A model generated the notes under the pieces. That model was not told the origin of the DNA. It saw nothing but the letters and a program-made list of their open reading frames with translations, and searched no databases. Of a stretch of 64,000 nt of DNA, positions 1 to 8,210 are shown in pieces (position 1 is the first letter of the stretch; each line of letters starts with the position of its first letter). This DNA is from Candidatus Moraniibacteriota bacterium (GTDB lineage: Bacteria > Patescibacteriota > Minisyncoccia > Moranbacterales > UBA1568). The DNA lies in assembly GCA_963743885.1 (NCBI GenBank), contig CAVURJ010000002.1, forward strand, positions 241,706 through 305,705, given 5' to 3'. The position numbers and the translations under genes were made by a program.

Positions 1-13
1 GATCATTGTCCAG

Positions 14-1360
14 TTGGTATCACTCTCTGTTAGATTTTCTGCAAGCAATAAGACTGATTGGATAAGTATGGTAAAGCACACGGAAAACATGCAGCCGCTT
101 GCGGATCGGATGCGTCCGAAGACGATTGAGGAATTTTCCGGCCAGGAGAAGGTCTTGGGCGAGGGATCATTTCTCCGGCAGGCGATCGCAGCTGATCGGG
201 TGCCATCGCTCATCTTCTGGGGACCGCCCGGGAGCGGCAAGACGACCCTGGCGCTCCTCATCGCGCGCGAGACGGCGGCGGAATTTCATCAGCTCTCCGC
301 TGTCGGGAGCGGCGTGAAGGAGCTGCGCGCTGTCATTGAGCAAGCGGAGAAGAATAAGGCGGATGGCAAGAAGACTATTCTTTTCATCGATGAGATCCAT
401 CGCTGGAACAAGTCGCAGCAGGATGCGCTCTTGCCGCACGTCGAGCATGGGACGGTGATACTCATCGGCGCGACGACGGAGAATCCGAGTTTCGAGGTGA
501 ATGCCGCGCTCCTGTCGCGCTCGCGCGTCCTGGTGCTTGAGCGGCACAGCGAAGAGGCGCTTATCTCGCTTATGCAGCGGGCCGTAGAGTTTCTCAATCA
601 CCCATCTTCGAATGAAGGTCATTTCAATAACCCCTCACCATCGAAGACTCGGGAGCTCCCCTTGGAAAAGGGGAGCAGGATTGAAATAGATGATGCAGCG
701 ATCGCTTTTATCGCGGCGGTCTCCGGCGGCGATGCCCGGACGGCGCTCAATACACTCGAAGCCTGCGCACTCCATGCGGCGCATATCGATACAGCGGTCG
801 TCGAGAGCGTCGTCAAACGTTCGCATCTTCTCTACGATAAGGATGGCGAATGGCACTATGACATCATCTCGGCGTTCCACAAATCTATGCGCGGCGGCGA
901 TCATGATGCGGCGCTCTACTATCTCGCGCGCATGCTTGAAGCCGGGGAGGATCCGCTCTATGTCGCGCGGCGCTTGGTGCGGTTTGCATCCGAGGATGTC
1001 GGTCTCGCCAATTCATTCGCGTTGCCACAGGCGGTCGCGGCGTTTCAGGCGTGCCAGATGCTCGGGATGCCGGAGTGCGAGGTGCATCTTGCTCAGGCAG
1101 CTGTCTATCTCGCGAAGTCCAAGAAGTCCAATGCGCTCTATACCGGCTACGGCCAGGCCAAGGAGGATGTTCGGAATATGCCGAACGAACCGGTACCGAT
1201 GCATCTTCGCAATGCGCCGACCAAACTCATGAAGGGGCTCGGCTATGGCCAAGGGTACAAGTACACGCCGGACTTCAAGGATGCGAGTGAGGCAGCGCAG
1301 GAATATTTCCCGGAACGGCTCAAAGGAAGGAAATATATAGAGTTCGGCGAGGAGAAATAG
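14..1360 (+). CDS. rarA: Replication-associated recombination protein A (RarA/MgsA), AAA+ ATPase. The ORF opens with TTG at 14 and likely ATG starts are at 68 or 89. It carries an in-frame palindromic insertion at about 600-700.
   Basis: Translation has Walker A GPPGSGKTTLA, Walker B ILFIDEIHR and the MgsA C-terminal helical domain (YYLARML, GMPE), typical RarA architecture. Confidence 0.85.
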   Translation: MVSLSVRFSASNKTDWISMVKHTENMQPLADRMRPKTIEEFSGQEKVLGEGSFLRQAIAADRVPSLIFWGPPGSGKTTLALLIARETAAEFHQLSAVGSGVKELRAVIEQAEKNKADGKKTILFIDEIHRWNKSQQDALLPHVEHGTVILIGATTENPSFEVNAALLSRSRVLVLERHSEEALISLMQRAVEFLNHPSSNEGHFNNPSPSKTRELPLEKGSRIEIDDAAIAFIAAVSGGDARTALNTLEACALHAAHIDTAVVESVVKRSHLLYDKDGEWHYDIISAFHKSMRGGDHDAALYYLARMLEAGEDPLYVARRLVRFASEDVGLANSFALPQAVAAFQACQMLGMPECEVHLAQAAVYLAKSKKSNALYTGYGQAKEDVRNMPNEPVPMHLRNAPTKLMKGLGYGQGYKYTPDFKDASEAAQEYFPERLKGRKYIEFGEEK

Positions 1361-1365
1361 GTCGC

Positions 1366-1394
1366 TTGACGTATTTGAAAAAACGGTCTATACT
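1366..1394 (+). promoter_or_regulatory. Sigma70-like promoter: TTGACG, 17-bp spacer, TATACT.
   Basis: Read directly: ttgacg tatttgaaaaaacggtc tatact, just after the rarA stop and about 100 nt upstream of the 1495 ORF. Confidence 0.45.
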
Positions 1395-1494
1395 ATATTT
1401 CTGTAAGGTTTACGGACTTTGCAACGACCTATTCATATGAAAGGCCGTTTTGTTTTTCTAGTAGTAGTTTAACAACGAGAGAGGAGTAAGACCG

Positions 1495-1935
1495 ATGGAA
1501 AGAAATACTGGGTGTGTTTTGCGGAGCGGAACAGAGAAAGAGTTCCGCGAATGGCTGGACATGATGATGCGCCGAGGTGTGTGCGCGTTGAACGACATGA
1601 AAAGCGTCAGCAAGGCGCTTCCGGAAATCTACGGCATGTTGCGCGGCAGTCTGCGGAAGAATTACGGAGATGCGATCGCTGTTCAGATGACGATCAAGGC
1701 TTTGAAAGTCGCCGCCTCTGTCGATGGCAAGATGAATGCCACCAAGTTCTTTTTCGAGGATCTCGAGGAATGCTTGCGGCATGATCGCCCGGGCGTCATA
1801 TCGGCGCGATTGGTCATCCGAGCCGTCATGCGCAGTCGTGGGAGGATATCCTTTCCGCGCTCCCCAAGCGCCATAAGGCATCAGCATTTCAGGCAGGCAT
1901 CTGAGACGGCTTACCCGGCCAGGCTCGCGGCGTAA
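1495..1935 (+). CDS. Hypothetical protein, 146 aa.
   Basis: ATG at 1495 is preceded by the RBS gagaggag. A strong promoter lies upstream. No recognisable domain. Confidence 0.45.
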   Translation: MERNTGCVLRSGTEKEFREWLDMMMRRGVCALNDMKSVSKALPEIYGMLRGSLRKNYGDAIAVQMTIKALKVAASVDGKMNATKFFFEDLEECLRHDRPGVISARLVIRAVMRSRGRISFPRSPSAIRHQHFRQASETAYPARLAA

Positions 1936-2049
1936 CACCGCCGAAAGAGCCAATACATGAAACCCGCGAGTCCGAAAGGATTCCCGGGTTTTTTCTTTTT
2001 TCCGGATATGGTACGATACGGAGTCGGTAATATATTGGCGCTTTCTATT

Positions 2050-3444
2050 ATGCAGATCAGGATTTCTAAGGAAACTGTCGCTTATTGGCAGAAGAAGGGC
2101 GCACTCGCGTTCGTTTTTGAGAAGGATGGGAAGGATGGCATGCTCGCGGAGCGCGGTGAGAGAACGACGATGACGATCGCTGTTGATTTGGAAAAAATAA
2201 CGAGGCGCAAGCTCATATTGCTCGCGCGGCGTATCGTACGCGAAGCGATGGCGAAGAAGTACGGAAGCATCGTGATTGATTTCGCGCAGTTCCATTTTCC
2301 GGGGCTCGCGATGGAGGACGAGGATCTGGCTGAACTCATCGCGACTGAGTTCGTCATGGCTGGTTTCGAATTTCGCGATTTCCTCTCGGTACCGAAGGAA
2401 GGGTGGCCGGAAGTAAAGACAATCGTCCTTACTAGTGCCTCTGGCAAAGGTGTTCGCCAGGGCATCGAGCGTGGCATGGTCATTGGCGAAGAGACCAATC
2501 GTGCGCGGCATATCGCGAACATGCCTGGTGGCGAGATGACGCCGGAGATCCTGGCGCAGCATGCGAAGCGGTCAGTGAAGGGCCTGCCAGTGAAATGCAC
2601 GGTGCTCGATGAGACGGCGATGAAGCGTCTCAAGATGGGCGGCGTGCTTGGTGTGGGCAAGGGTTCGGAAGCGAAGTCATGTTTCATCGTGCTTGAGTAT
2701 CGCGGCACATCCGATAAGAAAGCACGACCAGTCGTACTGGTCGGCAAAGGCGTGACGTTCGATACCGGCGGGATCAACCTTAAACCGGAAGGGTCAATTC
2801 TCGGGATGAATATGGATATGTCGGGCGGGGCAGCAGTCATTCATGCAATCGCAGCTGTGGCTCGGCTTGGATTGAAGAAACATATCATCGCGCTCATCCC
2901 GGCAGCGGAGAATATGCCGAGCGGTTCGAGCTATCGCCCAGGTGATGTAATCCGTTCGATGTCCGGCAAGACGATTGAAGTCGCAAATACGGATGCAGAA
3001 GGGCGGATCATCCTCGCTGATGCGCTCCAGTATGCCAAGCGGTATCGTCCGTCGCTCGTCGTTGATGTAGCGACACTCACCGGCGCAGCGCTCGTCGCGC
3101 TTGGCGAGCGAGCAACAGCGCTCTTCACGCAGGATGAGAAGCTTGAGAAATCATTTCGTGAGCTCGGCGAAGAGAGCGGCGACTATGTGTGGCCGCTGCC
3201 GCTCTGGGATGAATATGATGCGGAGATCAAGGGGACAGTCGGTGATGTTGCGAATCTTGGCAAGACGCGCTGGGGCGGTGCGATCACGGCAGCTGCATTC
3301 CTCAAACAGTTCGTCGATCAGGCGTATCCGTGGGTCCATCTCGATATCGCGCCGCGCATGACGGCACTTTCGGACGAGTTCCTCGGCAAGGGTGCAGCTG
3401 GTGCACCGGTGCGTCTTCTCGTGAAGGTATTGGAGAAATTTTAA
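2050..3444 (+). CDS. pepA: Leucyl aminopeptidase, M17 family. An alternative upstream ATG sits at 1957.
   Basis: C-terminal catalytic domain motifs VGKGVTFDTGG, NTDAEGR and DVATLTGA. The N-terminal MQIRISKE... resembles the PepA N-domain. Confidence 0.85.
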   Translation: MQIRISKETVAYWQKKGALAFVFEKDGKDGMLAERGERTTMTIAVDLEKITRRKLILLARRIVREAMAKKYGSIVIDFAQFHFPGLAMEDEDLAELIATEFVMAGFEFRDFLSVPKEGWPEVKTIVLTSASGKGVRQGIERGMVIGEETNRARHIANMPGGEMTPEILAQHAKRSVKGLPVKCTVLDETAMKRLKMGGVLGVGKGSEAKSCFIVLEYRGTSDKKARPVVLVGKGVTFDTGGINLKPEGSILGMNMDMSGGAAVIHAIAAVARLGLKKHIIALIPAAENMPSGSSYRPGDVIRSMSGKTIEVANTDAEGRIILADALQYAKRYRPSLVVDVATLTGAALVALGERATALFTQDEKLEKSFRELGEESGDYVWPLPLWDEYDAEIKGTVGDVANLGKTRWGGAITAAAFLKQFVDQAYPWVHLDIAPRMTALSDEFLGKGAAGAPVRLLVKVLEKF

Positions 3445-3477
3445 TATTTTTGTAAGTTAAAATAACATTTTTTTGGT

Positions 3478-3995
3478 GGAAACATAGAAACCCGCCCAGC
3501 GTAAGCAAGTAATTTTTCCGTTAGGCCGCCGAACTCACGAGCCTTTCTGTAAGCGAAGGATTTCCCTCCCTCTCCACGACCAAAGCCTGCCTGCCAGTAG
3601 GCAGGGAAATCCTCCGATCAGAAAGGCTCGCTCAGACAGCAGCGACTCAAACGGAGAAAATTCTTGCTACGTCGGCGGGTTTCTTCCGTGGTATTTTGCA
3701 GGAGCTTCCTTTTGAAGTCTTTCCTGGGCCGAGTCTGGGCGCGGGAAGGATTTTACCATCAAGGCATTCCTTCTCCGGATTTCTTTTTTCTTCCCCTGGT
3801 TTCCGGCGGTCACATTTCTGATGAGTGAGCCGGTAACGGTCGAGCGTGGCGTTCGGGACTGTTTCAGCCCTCAGAACGAACAGCTCCCCGTTCGGCAGAG
3901 TGAGTCAGGAATGTTCGACGGAAATCATGGAATGAAAAAAGGAAACTGGGGAAGGAATACCATTAAGAGACCAGTACGGTTAGGCGGGTTTTAAA
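3478..3995. repeat. Intergenic composite repeat, family A copy 1 (A-left about 3481-3745 plus A-right about 3748-3992).
   Basis: About 90% identical over about 260 bp to the reverse complement of 10870-11133, and about 85% identical over about 240 bp to the reverse complement of 13115-13384. Contains a long imperfect palindrome centred on the hairpin cctgcctgccagtaggcagg. Confidence 0.6.
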
Positions 3996-4025
3996 CGCAG
4001 TAAAAAGGAAGCGTGAGTTTACATG

Positions 4026-4053
4026 AAAAACAGCTTGAAAAGGCTGTTTTTTT
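4026..4053 (+). terminator. Hairpin plus T-run (aaaaacagc ttgaaaag gctgttttttt), possibly bidirectional.
   Basis: Seen in sequence immediately after repeat A1. Confidence 0.35.
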
Positions 4054-4081
4054 GGTGCTGAAATGGTGCATAAGTAGAGTG

Positions 4082-4150
4082 TTGACGAGTGGTGCCTTGG
4101 TGGCGTAAAATGGGGACATGTTATACGAAAGTGGCAGAAAGTGGGGAAAA
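4082..4150 (+). promoter_or_regulatory. mraZ promoter (TTGACG, 18-bp spacer, TAAAAT) followed by direct GTGGC/GTGGG repeats that could be MraZ boxes.
   Basis: ttgacg...taaaat at 4082-4111. Repeats gtggcg, gtggca and gtgggg lie at about 10-bp spacing. E. coli MraZ is known to bind GTGGG direct repeats in its own promoter. Confidence 0.4.
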
Positions 4151-4263
4151 TAGAAAATACTCACGACGAACGACTTACTACTTACGACAGAGTGTTTTGT
4201 AGTGGGTAGAACATAGATTCTTTCTCGTTATCTGTCGTTAGTCGTCAGTTGTTAGTCAAAGAT

Positions 4264-4698
4264 ATGTTCATCGGCGAATACAACCACACGATTGATCCGA
4301 AGAAGCGCCTCGCGCTGCCTTCGAAGTTCCGCGGGGAGCTGGGGAGCAAGGTGATTGTGACGCGCGGACTCGATAGCTGTCTCTTCGTGTATCCGATCAA
4401 GGTATGGGAGGAGCTCGCGTCGAAGCTCGGGACTTTGCCGGTCGGCGAAGCGGGGACGCGCAGCTTCATCCGTGTCATGCTGGCCGGTGCGGCCGATGTG
4501 GAGCTTGATAGTCAGGGCCGCGTGCTCTTGCCTGAATATCTGAAGCATGATGGTGGACTGAAGAAGGACGTGACGGTCGTCGGTCTCTTCAATCGTCTCG
4601 AGATCTGGGATACCGCAAAGTGGAACCGCTACAAGAGCCAGGCGGAGAAGAATACCGGCAAGATTGCGGAAGAGCTCGGCAAGCTGGGCATATATTAG
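4264..4698 (+). CDS. mraZ: Transcriptional regulator MraZ.
   Basis: Starts MFIGEYNHTIDPKKRLALPSKFR with the duplicated MraZ/SpoVT-AbrB fold and is the first gene of the dcw cluster. ATG verified at 4264. Confidence 0.9.
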   Translation: MFIGEYNHTIDPKKRLALPSKFRGELGSKVIVTRGLDSCLFVYPIKVWEELASKLGTLPVGEAGTRSFIRVMLAGAADVELDSQGRVLLPEYLKHDGGLKKDVTVVGLFNRLEIWDTAKWNRYKSQAEKNTGKIAEELGKLGIY

Positions 4699-4805
4699 TT
4701 CATAAAGTTATAAAGTTTGTAAAGTTTAAAGTCTGGAGTAAAAGGTTGGGGGATTCAAAAATCAAACATCAAAAGTTTCAGGAAGTTTTCATGTTTGAGG
4801 GTTGA

Positions 4806-5816
4806 ATGAACGATATGGATGAAACGAGACATGTTTCCGTACTGCTTAAGGAAGCAGTAGACGGGTTGCACCTTAAGAAAGGGATGGTCGTCGTCGATGC
4901 GACGCTCGGTGGGGGTGGTCATGCGAGAGCGGTGCTCGAGCAGATTCTTCCTGCCCGAAATGCTGCGCATAACGCTGCAGGCGGGCCTGGCGGACGCCTG
5001 ATCGCTATCGATGCTGACGTACAGGCCCTCGAGCGTTTCAGGGAACGCGCTGAGACCGATAGTCTTTTCACGGATGCACTCCGTGATGGGACGCTCGTGC
5101 TCGTGCATGGGAATTATTCCGACCTGGGAGGGGCGCTTGAGGCAGCTGGTGTGACAGCTCTCGATGCGGTACTCGCTGATCTCGGATTTTCTTCCGATCA
5201 GATCGAATCGCCGGAACGTGGTTTCAGCTTCCAGAAGGACGGACCGCTTGATATGCGGCTCGATCAGGGAGGCGAGCTCACGGCAGAGGCTGTAGTGAAC
5301 GGATATGCTTCCGGTGAACTCGAAAGGATATTTCGGACATACGGCGAAGAATCGGAGAGCCGGCGGATTGCTCGGATGATCATCACAGAGAGGGAGAAGC
5401 AGCCGATCAAGACGACCAAGGAACTGGCTGATCTCATCTTGCGCGCGTATCCAGCAGGAAAGCGTCGTGCGATGAAGATCCATCCGGCTACCAAGGTATT
5501 CCAGGCACTCCGTATCGCGGTCAACCGCGAGTATGAGCATCTGGAGATGTTCCTTGAAGAGGCAGTTGAGCGTTTGAATCCAGGGGGAAGACTGGCGGTC
5601 ATCACGTTCCATTCTGGAGAAGACCGTATCGTCAAGCAGTTCTTCCGGGATCAGTCGCTCGGTTGTGTCTGTCCAGCTGGATTTCCGGTCTGCCGCTGCG
5701 GCCATGTCGCGACGGTGTCGGTCATCACGAAACGGCCGATTGTACCGGGCGATTCAGAGACGAGAGAGAATCCTCGGGCACGGAGCGCGAAGCTCCGGAT
5801 CGCCGAGAAGGCCTGA
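4806..5816 (+). CDS. rsmH: 16S rRNA (cytosine1402-N4)-methyltransferase RsmH (MraW).
   Basis: HVSVLLKEAV, DATLGGGGH, GFSSDQIE and AVITFHSGEDRIVK motifs. Follows mraZ. Confidence 0.9.
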   Translation: MNDMDETRHVSVLLKEAVDGLHLKKGMVVVDATLGGGGHARAVLEQILPARNAAHNAAGGPGGRLIAIDADVQALERFRERAETDSLFTDALRDGTLVLVHGNYSDLGGALEAAGVTALDAVLADLGFSSDQIESPERGFSFQKDGPLDMRLDQGGELTAEAVVNGYASGELERIFRTYGEESESRRIARMIITEREKQPIKTTKELADLILRAYPAGKRRAMKIHPATKVFQALRIAVNREYEHLEMFLEEAVERLNPGGRLAVITFHSGEDRIVKQFFRDQSLGCVCPAGFPVCRCGHVATVSVITKRPIVPGDSETRENPRARSAKLRIAEKA

Positions 5817-5855
5817 CGGCCGAAAAAAAGATACATATCAAAACACAATCTACTT

Positions 5856-6212
5856 ATGCGGATACAGCGCCGCCAAAACATTTCCTATCAGTCTGCCTGC
5901 TCGTTTCCGAAGCAGCAGGCGCATGGCCCGGCTGGATCGGTGCCGATGCTCGTGCTTGGCGTGCTGGCATTCGCTTTTATGCTCGGCGGCTATCATCTGT
6001 ATTCCGTCAATCGGAGTGCCGTGCAGGGGTATCATATGCGTTCTGCTGAGAAGGATATTGCTGTGCTGAGGCAGGAGAATGCCGATTTGAAGATCGAAGA
6101 AGCTGATCTCCGTTCACTCCGTCGTATCGAGGCGGCCGGCGAAGAGCTCCACATGCAGAAGGCTGCAGAGGAGCGATACCTTGAGGCGCGCGGACCGGTC
6201 GCGATGAGATAA
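5856..6212 (+). CDS. ftsL: FtsL-like cell division protein (single TM helix plus coiled coil).
   Basis: Position between rsmH and ftsI, TM segment MLVLGVLAFAFMLGG and coiled-coil LRQENADLKIEEADL. The N-terminus is uncertain and the true start may be about 5946. Confidence 0.5.
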   Translation: MRIQRRQNISYQSACSFPKQQAHGPAGSVPMLVLGVLAFAFMLGGYHLYSVNRSAVQGYHMRSAEKDIAVLRQENADLKIEEADLRSLRRIEAAGEELHMQKAAEERYLEARGPVAMR

Positions 6213-6234
6213 TAGGAAGATCCGGGTTCTAAGT

Positions 6235-6414
6235 AGCTATCTCAAATCTCATGTCTTGAGAAAACATCTGGATTTCGTGATAGAAACCATGAAAAGTGAG
6301 AAGGGCTATCGTGATATCCCGACGAGCTTTGAGGGGTTTCTAGCCGAAATCCAGATGTTTTATCAGACAAGCCCATGGTTTTTCCCTTATGTAGGCGGTG
6401 GGATTTGAGATAGT
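6235..6414. repeat. Intergenic structured repeat, family B copy 1.
   Basis: Perfect 12-bp terminal inverted repeat ctatctcaaatc/gatttgagatag and an inner 18-bp stem gagaaaacatctggatttcg/cgaaatccagatgttttatc. Shares core blocks (gggctatc, cgacgagctttga, ccgaaatc, gacaagcc) with 22905-23052. Confidence 0.55.
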
Positions 6415-6428
6415 TACTGGAGCGCACT

Positions 6429-8210
6429 ATGGTTGATACGGGACATATACGAACCAAAAGAATCGCAGACAAGAAGAAGCGGCCGTTCGCGGAGAGTGTC
6501 CTTCGCGAACGTTTGCTCGTTTCTGTCATACTGTTTGTCGGAGCCGTCCTGATCGTGCGGCTCTTTTTTGTGCAGGTCCTGTCGCATGAGCGATGGGTGG
6601 CAGTAGCAGAGGATCAGCACAATGCTTTCCAGCCGCTCTCTGCGGAGCGTGGCGGCATATTCATGCATGATACCGACCATCTCTATCCGCTCGCGATTAA
6701 CCGGGAATTCCCGACACTTTTTGTTTCGCCGAAGGATGTTGAGGAGAAGGATCGCGTTGCTCTCGAGCTTTCAGGTATTACTGGTGTCGATGCACAGGAG
6801 ATACGCGAGAAGCTCGGGAAGCCGGATGATCCTTTTGAGATCGTGAAGAAACACCTTTCTGATGATGAGGCGGATCGGGTGCGAGGGCTCGGTCTCCGCG
6901 GTGTGGGGCTCCGTCCGGAGCCGTACCGTTATTATCCTGCTGGCGAGCTTGCTTCGCAGGTGGTAGGGTTTGCGACGGTTGGTCAGGGCGAAGGCGCTGG
7001 TGGCTATGGCATCGAGGCGTCGCAGGAGAGTGTGCTCCGCGGCCAGACCGGGCAGGTGACGCAAGAGAAGGATGCAGCTGGGAGGTGGATACCGCTTTCT
7101 GATCGCCTTGTCGAACCAGCAAAGAACGGGGATGATATTGTGCTGACACTCGACCGCGTCGTCCAGTACGAGGCGGAGAAGATTCTTCGGGAATCCATTG
7201 AGAAATATGCGGCCGATCGTGCGACGGCAATCGTCATGGAGCCTAAGACTGGCAGCATCCTAGCGATGGCATCGGTGCCGGAGTTTGATCCGAATAAATA
7301 TTCGGAGGTTGAAGATTATGCGCTCTTTATGAATCCGGCCGTGAGCGTCTCGTATGAGCCAGGATCGATCATGAAGCCGCTTACGATGGCGATTGGCATC
7401 GAGGAAGGGAAGGTGTCACCGACGACAGAATATGTGGATACCGGCGTCATACACGAAGCTGGCTATGATATACACAATGCAGAGGGGAAATCATACGGTC
7501 GGAGCAACATGTACAAGGTCCTCGACCAGTCGATCAACACCGGCGTGATCTTCGTCGAGCGGCTGGTTGGTAATGCCCGCTTTTCGGAATATGTGAAGCG
7601 TTTCGGTTTTGGTGAGCGGACAGGTGCTGATCTGCCGGCTGAGCTGCCGGGCAATATCCGTAACCTTACTAATCTGAAATCGGACATCCAATTTTTCACG
7701 GCGTCTTTCGGTCAGGGCATCGCGACGACGCCGATGCAGATGGTCAATGCGTATGCAGCGCTTGCTAATGGCGGGACGCTCATGCGGCCGCGCATCATCG
7801 ATCGTATCGTGCACGCTGATGGAAGTGAGGAGGAGATGAGGCCGGAAGCAGTCCGGCGTGTAGTGAGCGAGGAGACAGCAGCAGCGATGGGCACGATGCT
7901 CCGGAGTGTCGTCGTGAATGGCCATGGCAAGCGGGCGGATGTGCCCGGATATCTGGTCGGGGGCAAGACTGGTACGGCGCAGGTGGCGAAGGGCAATGCC
8001 AAGGGGTATGAGGATGGTGTTTCCATCGGTTCGTTCGTCGGTTATGCGCCCATCAATGACCCGAAATTCGTCATATTGGTGAAGCTCGATAATCCGAAGA
8101 ATGTCGAGTGGGCGGAGTCGAGCGCCGCGCCGACATTCGGCGAAATCATGAAATTCCTGCTAGAATACGCGAAGATCAAGCCAACAGAGGAGATAAAAGA
8201 GAAGAAATGA
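6429..8210 (+). CDS. ftsI: Peptidoglycan D,D-transpeptidase FtsI (class B penicillin-binding protein).
   Basis: N-terminal TM, PBP dimerisation domain, and transpeptidase motifs STxK-like SIMKP, SxN and KTGTA. Confidence 0.9.
   Translation: MVDTGHIRTKRIADKKKRPFAESVLRERLLVSVILFVGAVLIVRLFFVQVLSHERWVAVAEDQHNAFQPLSAERGGIFMHDTDHLYPLAINREFPTLFVSPKDVEEKDRVALELSGITGVDAQEIREKLGKPDDPFEIVKKHLSDDEADRVRGLGLRGVGLRPEPYRYYPAGELASQVVGFATVGQGEGAGGYGIEASQESVLRGQTGQVTQEKDAAGRWIPLSDRLVEPAKNGDDIVLTLDRVVQYEAEKILRESIEKYAADRATAIVMEPKTGSILAMASVPEFDPNKYSEVEDYALFMNPAVSVSYEPGSIMKPLTMAIGIEEGKVSPTTEYVDTGVIHEAGYDIHNAEGKSYGRSNMYKVLDQSINTGVIFVERLVGNARFSEYVKRFGFGERTGADLPAELPGNIRNLTNLKSDIQFFTASFGQGIATTPMQMVNAYAALANGGTLMRPRIIDRIVHADGSEEEMRPEAVRRVVSEETAAAMGTMLRSVVVNGHGKRADVPGYLVGGKTGTAQVAKGNAKGYEDGVSIGSFVGYAPINDPKFVILVKLDNPKNVEWAESSAAPTFGEIMKFLLEYAKIKPTEEIKEKK

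Noticed and set aside
1429-2562. 377-aa minus-strand ORF
   Set aside because: Lies antisense to pepA and the 1495 ORF in GC-rich DNA. No domain, no RBS context. A typical spurious antisense frame.
3795-3850. Hammerhead-like CUGAUGAG core inside repeat A1
   Set aside because: The corresponding position in copy A3 reads GCGAUGAG (the U is lost) and no convincing helix II or GAAA arrangement could be drawn.
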